This document shows, in pieces, positions 44,938 through 58,330 of a stretch of DNA of 64,000 nucleotides (position 1 is the first letter of the stretch; each line of letters begins with the position of its first letter). A program made the translations under genes and the position numbers. The stretch is from Laetmonice hystrix (lineage: Eukaryota): contig OZ249448.1 in the NCBI GenBank assembly GCA_965235115.1, positions 23,188,001 through 23,252,000 on the forward strand. The letters run 5' to 3'. The notes under the pieces were generated by a model, which saw only the letters and a program-made list of their open reading frames with translations, did no database searches and was not told where the DNA came from.

Positions 44938-47900
44938 AGTATTATTTGCGGTGGTATCGGGTGGTCAGAAGGATGGCTCCAGCATTTCCAGTCAACAAAA
45001 GGAACAAACATATTCATTCAACACCGGATATTAGGTCTGAGACAGGGAATATCCTGGCTGGGATATCTTCTGACCCTGTGAAAGGTCATCCTGTCACAAA
45101 CAGCGGAAAGTCTGACTAAGCTCCTCCCCGTATCAGGGCAACTGCCACCCAGACAACCGCCCCGCCCCTTGACAACTGCCCCTCCCCCCCCCCCCGGCCC
45201 GGAAAACTCCCACTTAGGACTATTACCAATAGGATAACTGCCACACAGGCAAGTTCCCCCAGTACAATTGCCCCTTTGGGAGTTCTGCCCCCATGCAAAC
45301 GGCCCCCGCGGACCACTGCCGACTCATATACTCGCAAGGTCCTTGCTCAGAGAAAATACATTGTAAACATTGAAAAGACATTGTAGACGAAGGGAAGAGG
45401 TACTCCACACCACCTACCTCAAAGGTCACACTTTTACACGTATTTTTTACGCCGTGGTTATTTTGCCGACATACCGTCAAAATAAGTGAGGGGGAGTGGG
45501 CGCAGGTCTCAGCTCATCTTCAGGAACCTATCATCGCCAACACTCGCCTAGATTTAGGCCGACGCCAAGATCCGTCGGCCCAATGCGAACCTATCATCGC
45601 CCACACTCGCCTAGATTTAGGCCGACGCCAAGATCCAAGAAGATACTAAGCTCCTTGTTAATGTTGCCCCCGGAAAATTTAATCAAGTCTGTAGCCTTAC
45701 GTAACTAAAACGTTGATCATTATTTGTCCCTTTAGACCTGGATCTAAACTGACAACTGTTGTCAGTTTAAACCAGTTGTCAGCTCAGACCTGGACACGTC
45801 CCCTAAAACTGATGTCGAAGCCCACCCCTAACCCCATTTGTTTGCTAGGGTTAGCTGGCCATGTTAACAGATAACACGTCTGTGTGAGTACTAATTCACC
45901 CGCGTCATACATAGTTATAACAAACTTTCCAACTTCAATCCGCCGCATTATTCAGGATGTAATTTATCGTCTCCATATACAAATGCCAATTTGAGATAAG
46001 ATTTTATGGAGCCTATTGCGCAAATGTTTGTTCATCAATCATTCATATTGAGTTGATGATAAGTCCTCTATATCAATCATTATAATCTATATTCACTCTG
46101 ACACCCAAAATGTTATAAATCTTTATAATGCACCTGCATTTGCTGGGATCCACTACCCATTATGTATTGAACTTTCAGTATAAACACAAATAGGCTACTT
46201 CGCTCTATATTACAGTTATGTTTAACTTTTAAGGAGGCGTTGGTTTATGATCTTAACTCGATAGTAATAGCCTCAACTAATACTAAAGATGTTATAACGA
46301 GCTCGTTACGCAGCCGTAAGCGTAGATTCAACATTGCAGTAACCCAAACAAAGACTGTTATAGTATCATGTACTAAATTTTCATTCATTGTGTTTCCAAT
46401 GCTTTGATTATAAATGAAATATTATTATGTAAAATAAATTGTACTCACAGATGATTTCGGCGATATACATTGTCAGAGGTCATACCGTTTGAGGAGTAGA
46501 CTTACTGTATTTGGAGTAACCTTCAGCAGGGGGGGATTGACCTTTATTACGACAGGAACATTCCCCATCGTGCACATACCATGTTGTCTGACATGCTGCA
46601 GAGTCGCTCATCGGAGCAATTAAAGTAAATTACCCCAGTTTACTTCCGCTTTGAATTGCGTTGGAAAATACTCGATCGAATATCTTGACGGAGCAGGCTG
46701 ATACGAACCTAGTTATCGTGATGCTTAATTAATGAAGTACCAGTGGGACACAAGTTTCAATCTAGAGCTATCGATTTCAATGCCTTTTGTTGGAGTCTTT
46801 TGACCTGAAATATTGCTTCTATTATATGTTCTGCCTATTTGTATTTTGTATGGTTTGTGCTTTCAAGGTTTGTTTCTTGATACTCATTATCTCGGGTGCA
46901 CTTTTATAATTGGATACGTCAATGGCAGCCGTGGATATGAAATTGGAATAGGATCAGAACTAAAAAAACCACAAAGCTTAAAACCAGGCGATAATTTAAA
47001 GTTAATTAGGTTAAGATCTGACTATAAAATGACGAGTTGAATTGTTCTTCAGTAGGTGAATTAGTCCCTTGTGATCCATTAAATCCAAATCACAAATTCA
47101 TTTCTAATGTCTCGAAATGGTCCAAGATAGTCCGGCGTGTTAGAAAAATCATTCCGATATAATCGACTTGTCTGCATCCTGTGACACATCTAGCCAATTG
47201 TGAGGCGTACAGTAAGAGTGAGACTGATACTGAACGCGGAGGGCGAACGTTTGGTAAATTGTAATCTATACACGCCAGAACCAAGAGGTATAGGGCATCG
47301 GGGTTCCTGCCTGCACCCCACCCCTCCACCTCAACTCATGGGTCTCTTTAGGTACGGAATACTTCAATCAAAAACATCCCTCGAGCATTTCAACATGCCG
47401 ACTATATGTCATGTCTCAAGTAAATTGAGATACGAAGTTGTAAACTGGTTCATGGCCTCAAGACAGGCACCTTCATAAGTCATCCCCATGTAGCGTATAT
47501 GAAAAATATTCTTCCTATGAAAAAAGGATAAATATTGGTTGCAAATACGAAACGGAACCGAAGGGCACTGCAAGGTGTACTTGTCGACAACTGAATTGTT
47601 AATTGAAAACGTGATTGCAGTTGAAAGTAACACGACGAATGTCATGTCTCATATTATATCAGTATTTCTATATTAAACTGCGCGTCAGGATGCTGAGATA
47701 CTGATCATAGTTACAGAATAAAAACACTTTACATACAAGAGGCATCTAGATGTGAGTTATTACATGAACATCGTGACGTTGGCGTTAGTGGATACCGGAT
47801 GTAGGGCCGACAACCTTTCACCTGACAATCCCCGGCACAATGTGAAGCGTTTGTAGCTGACGGGCTATACACGTACAGACCCGTGATTTTTCATTCCTAT

Positions 47901-48360
47901 TTTTGGATGACAATTGGAATGAACACAATCTGTAGTACTTACTTGATATCCTTTCGAGACTCTCAAAGTGGCTTCCTCTAAACTAAAGAAAAAATCAAGG
48001 AAATATCTCTGGTGGATCTGCTTGCGATTCGGAGTGGATGACGAGCAAATTCCATAATGGGGTTTAATAATATACACATTCTTTCTGCCAGTGCCATTCG
48101 GGGGGGGGGGGCATAATGGTGGTCGGTATGGAATGCGTGTTCCATATGGGCTGACACAGGAACATGTATTATAAATTACGTGATCGACATGGCCAAGCGC
48201 GGATGGGCCCTATGAAAGCACAGGAACATGTGTTATAAATTAGGCCATCGAGGGGCCTGAAAGTCTTTATAGCATTGTTAGTTTTGGTTTGTTATTGTTT
48301 GTTTCCCATAAATTAGAAATACCCCAAGCACATATAATAAACATTTAACGGGATTCGGCT

Positions 48361-48480
48361 CCTTCGCGGCGGGAAAGTATATGGAACTCTATGCCTGGCG
48401 CAGGAATACGGCACTCCACCTTCGGTGTTGTGCCGTATCCATGCGCCAGGCATCTCGGTCCATACTTTCGCGCCTGAAGG
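48361..48480. other. Long imperfect hairpin (~120 nt)
   Basis: Arms aaagtatatggaactctatgcctggcgcaggaatacggcac / gtgccgtatccatgcgccaggcatctcggtccatacttt, extended by ccttc / gaagg; loop ~15 nt. Confidence 0.8.
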
Positions 48481-51400
48481 ACACTCATCCCGGCCGTCAC
48501 GTGTTTGTAGTATTTGAGCGCGGAATTACAAGGCGGTCTCAAGGAACGATTTCAGATTATGCAAACCCTTGCATGTCAAATTCCAAATCCATATGGTGTC
48601 TGTGGATTCCTAATTTCCGCCGACACCTGAACTGAATGAAGAGCCATCTGTGAAGAGGCTATGATGAGGGATTCTACCATGCTGAAGTCATTTCTCGCTG
48701 TACGTGAGAAACTGCGAGAGATCTGAGAGACCAACCTCCCTGCAACTGTTACTCATTAAACCATATCTCAGCTTCATAACGAGCACGTCTAGGCTCAGAT
48801 AGACCTATACCGACCCCCCCCCCCCCCTCCTCGAATATATAGCGAAGTTCGCCTGACGTTGGACTGAATGATAAACAGATTCAAGCTGTGCCTGTTACAG
48901 GGAAATATATTCGAGGAAACGGCCGGGCGTTGTACACCGGGAATGGGAACGGGTACAAGCTGGGGAGTATAGGTTATTTCAAGGTATTGAGACGACGGCA
49001 CCTTTATCTGAAACATAACAATTCTTGAAAAATGTGTTAGATAAATCATTGGTAGGCCTACTCTAATCTGAAAACTGAAAAGGCGTTGGGAGGGGAGTGT
49101 GTGTGTGTTTGTTTAACTATGGGTTCAGATTCAATGTCAGTGCAATGTCACGGCAACAGTATCTGTTACTGACACATCGTGAATGGCAAGGCGGGTGTCT
49201 CCGAGGCCAACACCAGGTAAGAAAAAACCTGTAATGCCCGGCCTATGTATGGCACCAGTGAGCACAACAGTGCTGAGAACAATAGAGATTATAACAATAG
49301 CCTTGCCCTGGCACTGTCACCCTAATTTACATATAAATGCCTCTCAACGTGGTCCAATCGGGACACAATCTATTTCCTTGTAATTTTCATAATTTCTGTT
49401 TATTTTCCCTAAAATATATTTTATAGATACAAAATATGTGTTAGAAAAACGCTGTATTGTTTACGTAAGACCTTTGGTATTTCACGACTTTGATTTTCAA
49501 AGTAACCTTATTATACATTAAGAGAACGTACAGATGTGTATTGCTGAAGCAATGTAGGGAACTGCGAGGTACCGGTCTCAACGTTCAGTCGTAGTCTGGA
49601 AACAGACGCTGTTGAAAACCTGAGAGTACGAAGAGTGGATGGTTTCGGATGTTGTGTCCACTTGGAGAGGTGAGGGTGTAACTCGACGATAAGTGTGGCA
49701 TGACTCTTCTAAAGGGATGTAGAAATACACCATGTTCCCCGTCAGTGGGCTTAATGGGTTATCGTGTGTTCTCCAGACGCCAGATATTCGAACGCCAGGA
49801 ATTAGACCATCTACAACTCAGTTCAGTTTCCATTAAAAAAAACTCTCAATTTTTAATGGCTTTCAACTCGCCATTTGTTCTGGCCCGACCCGCGACAGAA
49901 CCTATATACCGGGGATATTCTCGTCAATATACCTCAGTGTAGATTCTGGGATCTTCCTGAATCTATCCCGGTAAAATGTAAAAGGGGGGGGGGGCATACA
50001 CTTGGAGCTTAAAATGGCATGTTTTTCTCTTCTTACCGGAAGGCATCGGGACTTAGCTGTCTCCCGCTGCAACAGCTGAATCGATAAAGGATTAATAGTG
50101 CTATCGATCATTAATTTACAGGTGCAGGTATGATCCAGAGAGACCACAGATATGGGGATATGTCTCATTACATTCACAAGTCTGGTGGTCTCAACTGTGA
50201 TTATATATGGCGTCCTATTGCGTGTATTACAAACAGTACAAAAATTATACACTGAAAAAGAAAGGACATTTCTTTTTTAAAGAAGCTAAGTTTCATTAAA
50301 GACATCAATATATTATTTCAGGGATGTCTTGCAATAGTGTATCCGCTAAAATATATAAAAAGTTTAAATTGGTGGCGAGGAAATTGAAGATCTACGGAGC
50401 CAGGAAATTTTTGCTACCGTCGTAGTTAATTTGAAGCTATTATACTGATTAAATGTCAAAGGGCGTGCAAAAGGTTACATTATTATATAGGCTACCTATA
50501 TTTTCTCTCGTATTACCATGGGAAATGAGGTTCCTGCCTCTTGACAAACAGGGGCCCTGGCCACCCAGCATCTATGACCCAGGTGTAGAGGTGGGCTGTA
50601 TAGGAGAAGCATGTTTACTAGAGCAAGCAGGAAATGGAAGCCTACTCAATGAGAACTGCACGTTTCTACGCTATGGGCGATCGATCGACGTAATGCAATC
50701 ACAAATGTTGACATTGGACGAATAAATAGAGAGGGAGAGACTCTTATAATCTGCAGATAAGTGATTTATCGTGTAAGAAAGCTCATCAGGTGTTGCTGTT
50801 TACCCAGTCTCACGATTTAGTGTAGTTAGCTATGTTTATTTGAGGGTTCAGACCGATACACAGCCCCTAATATTATCACTGTCCTAGGGCCATTATTCAA
50901 TAGTTGTCCACCTAATCGCAGCCTGGCTAAAACGGATTCCGGGAGATCCCATGATGGTCACATGGATAAACTAATAATCACAGGTACTAACCGATCCGAA
51001 AGATCCCATTATGGCCACAACGATCGTCTCTGATCGATACCGATCAAATACAACAATCCCGTATTACCGACTGCCCACGCTAACATCATCCGGTGGTAAC
51101 AAATTAAGTTTGACCCAAGTAATGTTTACTTTGATCTGTGTTGGGGTATAACTGAATCAACTCGACCCGTGTCCGTAATCGAACAGTTAGGCCATGAACG
51201 TCATCGTGTAGATACCGCAGGGACGTGGAGAGAACCTTGATGGAGGACTGAAACTGACAGGGATAGGGAAGTTAACAGTCGGCGGACAGATCAAATCATC
51301 TCTGTCCGTGATAGTGTTCGGTCCCTCGTGAATGAAATCATCCTAGCTAGGAGCTCGCGGAGTCTGGTCCAAGAACGATTAGAGTGTGAAACCGCTCCTA

Positions 51401-51729
51401 ATGAGGCGCGTTAACGGATAATCTCCGATAGCTGATTCCATCAATGGGCCTCGGATAGGCTAGAAACAAACTACAATTTGTTATCCAAAATTAGCACGGG
51501 CATGGCGCCGCCTCAAGGTTCATGTAACTTTCATTTCCAGCAGTGTACATTGATATAACATTTGTGGATCACACTAGCTCTCGTGCCTTATGCCCTAAAT
51601 AATCCCTCGGCTGAGCCTCGAGCCTATTAGGGCATGAGTCAGGTCAACTATCCACTAACTAGACGTTTTCATCCCCTCATGGCGGTAGATCTATGGTATA
51701 GGCCTAACAATGAACAAGTATATTACTGC

Positions 51730-51889
51730 CAGGGCCGTGCCGGGGGGGGTGTCTGTCACCCCCCCCCCCCCCCCCGGTGCCAAAGATTCTTTTCTTTTTA
51801 GGCTTTTTAGGTCCTAACTAACACTTGGATCCGTCAACTGTAGATCTAACCCCCCCCCCCCTCCCCACCAATCTCTGGGCACGGCCCTG
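51730..51889. mobile_element. MITE with 12-bp TIR
   Basis: cagggccgtgcc / ggcacggccctg; flanks actgc / gctgc (4/5 match). Confidence 0.75.
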
Positions 51890-52689
51890 GCTGCTATAGG
51901 CCTATAGAAGAATCTGGAGGCGAATGTCGCTGCTAATATCAATGTTATCACGACAGATGCACTCTGAAACATGATCTATTTAGCAAATGATTTCTCATTG
52001 CTGTAGGCCCTATCATATTTACGTTGGGTCGAGCTCCGAGCCCATGACATCAAGGCAGTTATTACGACCAAAATGGCGCCATCTCTGTGACTTGTTACAC
52101 TGGTAATACAGGGCTGTTTGTTCTAGAGCTGCGAGTCTCCGAACAAATGACATGAAATGGGCCAGTTTCCGAGGCCCATTAGGAACCACGACATCCCCAG
52201 GGTGGGCATCTCTGAGGTTAGGGACCATGCCAGCAGGTGGATTGGACGTAAAGTCACAGTGAGCGTGCCGTCGGTTTGACGCATTGAACAGCGCCTCTAG
52301 CGGCCATCCTGCGTAGATTCTCCACCCGGCGACCAACAGCAGTGACACAGGACATGATACTCAAGAATACATGTAGGCCCTACGAGTCTTCTCCTAATCC
52401 CGGTAGTCCATAGTAATCCGGGATTATTATACTTAGATTTTTTTCCAGGCCTGACACATTCGGAAATGTTTATATGTTTCTCTCCTCGTTACTCTTCGTC
52501 CTCCTATCCAGAGTATGACAGTGATGATCGTTTTCTATCACGGTTACGGTGTTCGTGTAACCTAGATAGGCGTTTGTGTCCAGACCCTTTTTCGACATTT
52601 TGTAGTCCCGGCGCCATATTTTGTGACATGAAGGTGGCCTTATATTATAGGGCCTAGTTCCTGACACGGCGTAAACCCCGACTATGTGT

Positions 52690-52898
52690 CTTTAGATCTC
52701 CGTCTCCGTCTCTCTGTCTCTCTCTGTCTCTATGTATCTCTCTCGCTCTCGCTCTCTCTCTCGCTCTCTCTGTCTCTCTCTATGTCTCTGTCTCTCTCCC
52801 TATCTCTCCCCTCTCTCTCTCTCTCGCTCTCTCTCTCTCGCTCTCTCTCGGTCTCTGTCTCTCTCTATGTCTGTCTCTCTCCCTCTCTCTATCTCCCT

Positions 52899-52946
<48 letters not shown>
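52690..52946. repeat. (CT)n compound microsatellite
   Basis: Direct inspection. Confidence 0.97.
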
Positions 52947-52950
<4 letters not shown>

Positions 52951-55228
52951 GCACTATATAATATACTAGCTTTTTTCTGCCGCCATCCCTGACGACATTT
53001 AAGCACGTATCTCACTCATCTAGTCGACTCAAGATCGGTGACGGAGGGGGGGGGGGGGCGTTTAAAATGTACTCCGCTCAACTCATCCTGGTAGGTTTCT
53101 GCTGGCTCCTGTGGCTTCTCACTTGCCTCGAGTGGACCTCCAGTAGGCCTCCTGCTACGGCCTGATCTATACCTGGTCTGGTAATCTGACTGGGCGGGCC
53201 GAGGAGGGGAGGAATCGTGGGGGGGGGGGGTCCTCTCGGTGCAATTCCTTGGTGACCTCCTGCTCGGGTCACCAGTAATGACATTGAAAGGGTCGGGAAA
53301 CGTTAATCACCTGTTGGAGTACACCATTACACGAACATTGAATTGTAAAATTTCTGTGTCGAGTGTAAGGGTGACTCTGGTATTTTCAATGTCAGGGCTA
53401 TAGATTTGAGAAACCCGAGGAAGGCTGCGACGGTGGATGGCTTCGCGGTTTATGTCTGAAGCATATTCTGAATAGGTAGGCCCTATATAATTATTTCTAG
53501 ATACTGACGAAACCTTTGTACACGGTTGCACTAGTGTAGCAGTGTACCCTTGGCCTGCTGCTGTCAGCCACTTAGAGCCGGAGAAGCCGTATCCAAGGTT
53601 ACCCCATGCCGGAACCCAAAACGTATCATTTCCAGTGGACATGACGACATCGCACCCGGAATCTCCAACCTCCAACAGATTGTCTTCAACATGCAGCCTC
53701 CATGTACCATAGGCGGTGGAAGTGGGAGGGGGGCAGGGGCACTGCCCCTAATAATTGTATTGGGGCCCCTAAAAATTCTATGGCTTTTGTAGATTTTTTT
53801 ATGGGATATTATTAATTATACCTAGATCTGTTTTTTTTTATCTAGAAGATACAACCATGCTCTCTATCTCAAGCAAAATGCCCCCCCCCCCCAATATCTG
53901 TTCCGTCGCTCCTGTGTACATACGCGCTGACTTTGGGAGTGGCAAACTAAGAGAGAAGTCGCATCGGGCACGTTCCATAGAGTGGGTCTAGGAGATAATG
54001 CCCAGTGAATCTCCTTGCCCAGGTCTGGACGGGTACCTGGAGCACGCGGGCCGTGTGGCCGTGCACGGACCCGCCCTGGAGGAGACGGTTCAGTCAGTGC
54101 GCTCAATGCGGCGTTCATCCACCTTCTCCAGCAGCCCCAGTTGCCTCCAGTAAACGCCAGGCACACACGTCTAGTCGGCCTCCAGCTCAAGCCCGCAACA
54201 ATGTGAAACAAGGCACACAACAATGTGGTTCGCGTGCAAGAAAATCCCCAACGCTCACGGCACCACTGATGTTAGGGATTAAAGTTGCATGGAAGGTAAG
54301 ATACTCGTATACAATCAAACCATCTGCCACCAACGTGTGCTTATAGAGTCCAGCGGCAATCATCAATACACGGCTACGTGGAGTCAGATATTGAAGTAAG
54401 TGGCGTGATTCCAAGTTTGTATACACACCCGTGGTTTCAAGAGAGCATCGGTCTGCATGACGTGATGAAAGTGGCTTCGCCTCGGACCCAGTGAACCGCA
54501 GCTGTTTGGTTTCCCCCGCCAAGAACGTAGCGGATGGATTGCACGGCGGTGAAGGTCGCGTAGGGTATAACCCCCGTGGTGAGGGGTATGTGTGGCTACC
54601 CTTCTATTCTTATACATGTTGGCGGCATGATACCAGTCAGAGACGAACGCTGAATAATGACAGGTCATGACAGACCACAACGATATAGTCAACACAGTTC
54701 TTCTTCAACGCTCATTTAAACATTTCCAACGTCAGCGTATTTTGATAAACTTTGCTATGTAATACTATCTCGATTTCTGTCTCGATTTATTAATCTTTCT
54801 GTCAGATGGCGAGCTTCTCCTGCCTCATCCATTAGTTGTCTGTGACATTTCAGCTCCACGGTCTGTCATTCCTGGAGCTCAATAGGATTACTGGAGTAAC
54901 CATCGTGCACGTGGTCGTATTGAATATAAATGATATCCTGGACACGGTGCACCTGCAGGAGATGTTACTGGAGGATTACATCAACAGTAAACGTCCGCTG
55001 TACTCCTTTGTTTTCTCCTCACTGGAGTTGAGACGCGTCGCATATCGCGGATCCGTAGTAATTGATCTCATTTGAAGGATGGATGAGTGAAACCAGGCTC
55101 TTGACTTGGCGTGGGCGTGTATGATTACATGCTGGATCTCAGCCTTAACAATCTACAGGCGTCAGAGGATGTACTGCTGGCGCCTCCTAAGCGTCACCCG
55201 ATGGAGTGTGACAAGTCGCATCTTTGAC

Positions 55229-56218
55229 TAGAACCGGACAAGTTGTGTTACAAGAACGTTCTGTTGTTGGTTGACTAGACACGGACAAGTTGTGTTACAA
55301 GAACGTTCTGTTGTTGGTTGACTAGACACGGACAAGTTGTGTTACAAGAACGTTCTGTTGTTGGTTGACTAGACACGGACAAGTTGTGTTACAAGAACGT
55401 TCTGTTGTTGGTTGACTAGACACAGACAAGTTGTGTTACAAGAACGTTCTGGTGTTGGTTGACTAGACACGGACAAGTTGTGTTTCTATCAGAACGTTCT
55501 GGTGTTGGTTGACTAGACACGGACAAGTTGTGTTACAAGGACGTTCTGGTGTTGGTTGACTAGACACGGACAAGTTGTGTTACAAGAACGTTCTGGTGTT
55601 GGTTGACTAGACACGGACAAGTTGTGTTACAAGAACGTTCTGTTGTTGGTTGACCAGACACGGACAAGTTGTGTTACAAGAACGTTCTGTTGTTGGTTGA
55701 CTAGACACGGACAAGTTGTGTTACAAGAACGTTCTGGTGTTGGTTGACTAGACACGGACAAGTTGTGTTACAAGAACGTTCTGGTGTTGGTTGACTAGAC
55801 ACGGACAAGTTGTGTTACAAGAACGTTCTGTTGTTAGTTGACTAGACACAGACAAGTTGTGTTTCTATCAGAACGTTCTGTTGTTGATTGACCAGACACG
55901 GACAAGTTGTGTTTCTATCAGAACGTTCTGGTGTTGGTTGACTAGACACGGACAAGTTGTGTTACAAGAACGTTCTGGTGTTGGTTGACTAGACACGGAC
56001 AAGTTGTGTTACAAGAACGTTCTGGTGTTGGTTGACTAGACACGGACAAGTTGTGTTACAAGAACGTTCTGGTGTTGGTTGACTAGACACGGACAAGTTG
56101 TGTTACAAGAACGTTCTGTTGTTAGTTGACTAGACACAGACAAGTTGTGTTTCTATCAGAACGTTCTGTTGTTGGTTGACCAGACACGGACAAGTTGTGT
56201 TTCTATCAAAACGTTCTG
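55229..56218. repeat. Minisatellite, 47(50)-bp unit, ~21 copies, immediately upstream of the GPCR CDS
   Basis: Unit gactagacacggacaagttgtgttacaagaacgttctgttgttggtt. Confidence 0.97.
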
Positions 56219-56275
56219 GTTGAGATTTTGGCAGTGTCAAGTAGAGTAACAAAACGCTCGTTATAACCTCAGACA

Positions 56276-57406
56276 ATGTTTTGTCCACATGACCTCCAGT
56301 CGGATCACCACGGCTTAAACATCACAGACCTCCTCAACATTTCGTTTCCACACGTGAACGAAACAAACGAGCAGCTAATCCACGATGTTGTGAGGTTTTA
56401 TTCGTATAACGTAGCGCTTCCGATCATATTTCTGTTCGGGGTGGCAGGGAATTGTATGAACATCGTCATATTTACACGAGGACGATTTCGTCACGCGTTG
56501 GACGAAATCGAAAAGTCCGCGGCTACTGGATTAGTATCACTAGCAGTCTCTGATTTATCATTTTGTGCCGTTGGACTTCCGGCGCCGTTTTTCGCACTAC
56601 CACATCGCCAGGACCACGAAAGGACCATTGATGTGATCGCCCTCTACTATGAAACCTACAAAGCGCCAACGATGAACATATTTATGTTTTCAAGTACGTG
56701 GTTGGTCGTGGCCGTGGCTCTCGAACGATACTTTGCGGTGTGTTTCCCCTTCCATGCTCGTTGGCTGATTAGGATCAATCGCACCATTGGTATTGATATT
56801 GGTATCTACGTGGTCGCTGTGCTTTTCAATATTCCAGGGTTTCTCAAGTATACCATTGAAACCTTAGACTGTCATGACGGTAGTCGGATCCACTTTCTGA
56901 AACCCAGGTTGTTACAGGATGGTTACAGAATAGCCTGGGCTGTGTTGGGGACGTTCTTACCGCTAGTTATACTGATTGTATGTAACGTTCGACTAGCAGT
57001 GGAGATCTACAGGAGTAAGGCCAGGTCGTTGTCCGGAGGAGCAGATCCACCACGGTACAGCTCGTCTAAGATTACATTTATCTTGGTATCCATCATTATG
57101 CTTTATCTCGTCCTCGTATCTCCCTCCATGCTCCTGTCATTCCTCCGGCTCATCCCGGCCGCCCCGAGCAGCAGCCCTGGAGGAGATCACCGCCCGGAGT
57201 CACACGCTGCTCTCTACCGTTACCAGACAGCCACCGTGCTCGCTAACGTGGCTCAAGGGTTTAACTTCGCCGTCAACTTCCTGCTCTACTGTGCCATGAG
57301 TCGACCGTTTCGAGACCACCTCACGGGACAGGTCTGCAAGCGAACCAACTCCCGGACCTCCACCGACACAAATCACCGCTACCAGCTCGTCGAAGTCCAT
57401 ATCTGA
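56276..57406 (+). CDS. Class A (rhodopsin-like) peptide GPCR, FMRFamide-receptor-like group; intronless CDS, 376 aa
   Basis: Seven hydrophobic segments with family motifs: GVAGNCMNIVIF (TM1 GN), LAVSDL (TM2), ALERYFAVCFP (TM3 ERY), FNIP (TM4), FLPLVILIVCN (TM5), VSP (TM6), NFAVNFLLYC (TM7). N-terminal N-glycosylation sequons NIT/NIS/NET. A putative acceptor (cctcag) ends at 56272, 3 nt before the ATG. Confidence 0.93.
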   Translation: MFCPHDLQSDHHGLNITDLLNISFPHVNETNEQLIHDVVRFYSYNVALPIIFLFGVAGNCMNIVIFTRGRFRHALDEIEKSAATGLVSLAVSDLSFCAVGLPAPFFALPHRQDHERTIDVIALYYETYKAPTMNIFMFSSTWLVVAVALERYFAVCFPFHARWLIRINRTIGIDIGIYVVAVLFNIPGFLKYTIETLDCHDGSRIHFLKPRLLQDGYRIAWAVLGTFLPLVILIVCNVRLAVEIYRSKARSLSGGADPPRYSSSKITFILVSIIMLYLVLVSPSMLLSFLRLIPAAPSSSPGGDHRPESHAALYRYQTATVLANVAQGFNFAVNFLLYCAMSRPFRDHLTGQVCKRTNSRTSTDTNHRYQLVEVHI

Positions 57407-58142
57407 GCAGGAGCGTCGGAAGCTATCTTAAAGTGCACGAGAAAGGGTCAAGAGAAAGAGCAAATTCAATAGTTGGCATTTGTATTATTGACTTTATCAT
57501 GAAAGGTTTGACCTTTTCTTTTGTTCGGTGGTGTGTGTCTCCGTACATCCAACAATATCCAGCCACCTGCAGGGAAGCTTCGAACACTAGAAACCGGGTT
57601 CTGTTTCTGAAACACAACATCGCCAGGTTAATTGCCTGACTTGAGCAGGGACTTGGCAGGTGCTTCATAAGAAGTCACTACGGATATCGTGTGAAGGAAT
57701 TTGTGTGCAGTAGGAAACCTACTTCATGTTTTAAAAATGAGGAATAAAATGCTTTAATGAGACAATCACTGTCTATCGCGGTTATTAGGTGATGAGACCG
57801 TCCACACAAACACGAGATCTTGCCAGGACATTGTTAGCAGTTCGGAACCATGGGAAAGCTGTGTATTTGTGTGTAAACCTTATTGCGTTATCTCCGGGTT
57901 AATTTATGTACGATGACAACAATACATCAAATTGACATAAACCTGAACGTAATAGAAGAGATCAACAGGACGTCCGACGTGAGATATTCATATATTTCAT
58001 AAAAGTAAAGTCTTTTGCTCAAATATATAATTATTATGATTGAAAAAGCCTCAAAAAAATTCAAGCCGTTGATCCGTACACGGACATTGTACATCCATCC
58101 ATTCACAAAGATTGTTCCCCGCAAAGTCAACTTGGAAAGCGC

Positions 58143-58330
58143 TATCTAGGTATTGTCTTATGTTGACTCTGATGTTGATATCTAGGTATTGTCTTATGTT
58201 ATCTCTGATGTTGATATCTAGGTATTGTCTTATGTTATCTCTGATGTTGATATCGAGGTATTGTCTTATGTTATCTCTGATGTTGATATCGAGGTATTGT
58301 CTTATGTTATCTCTGATGTTGATATCGAGG
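58143..58330. repeat. Tandem repeat, 36-bp unit, ~5 copies
   Basis: Unit tatctaggtattgtcttatgttatctctgatgttga. Confidence 0.95.

Noticed and set aside
44228-45034. Three overlapping 228-257 aa ORFs
   Set aside because: Translation of the 33/39-bp minisatellite.
45895-45950. Minus-strand peptide MRRIEVGKFVITMYDAG, reminiscent of an ARL13-type G3 region
   Set aside because: An in-frame stop lies two codons upstream, there is no acceptor, and no other GTPase exons were found.
48661-48726. C/D-box snoRNA-like ATGATGA...CTGA
   Set aside because: No terminal stem, no recognisable rRNA guide and no known host intron.
55229-56218. CRISPR-like appearance of regular repeats (also other arrays)
   Set aside because: Units are contiguous with no unique spacers, there are no cas genes, and the context is eukaryotic.
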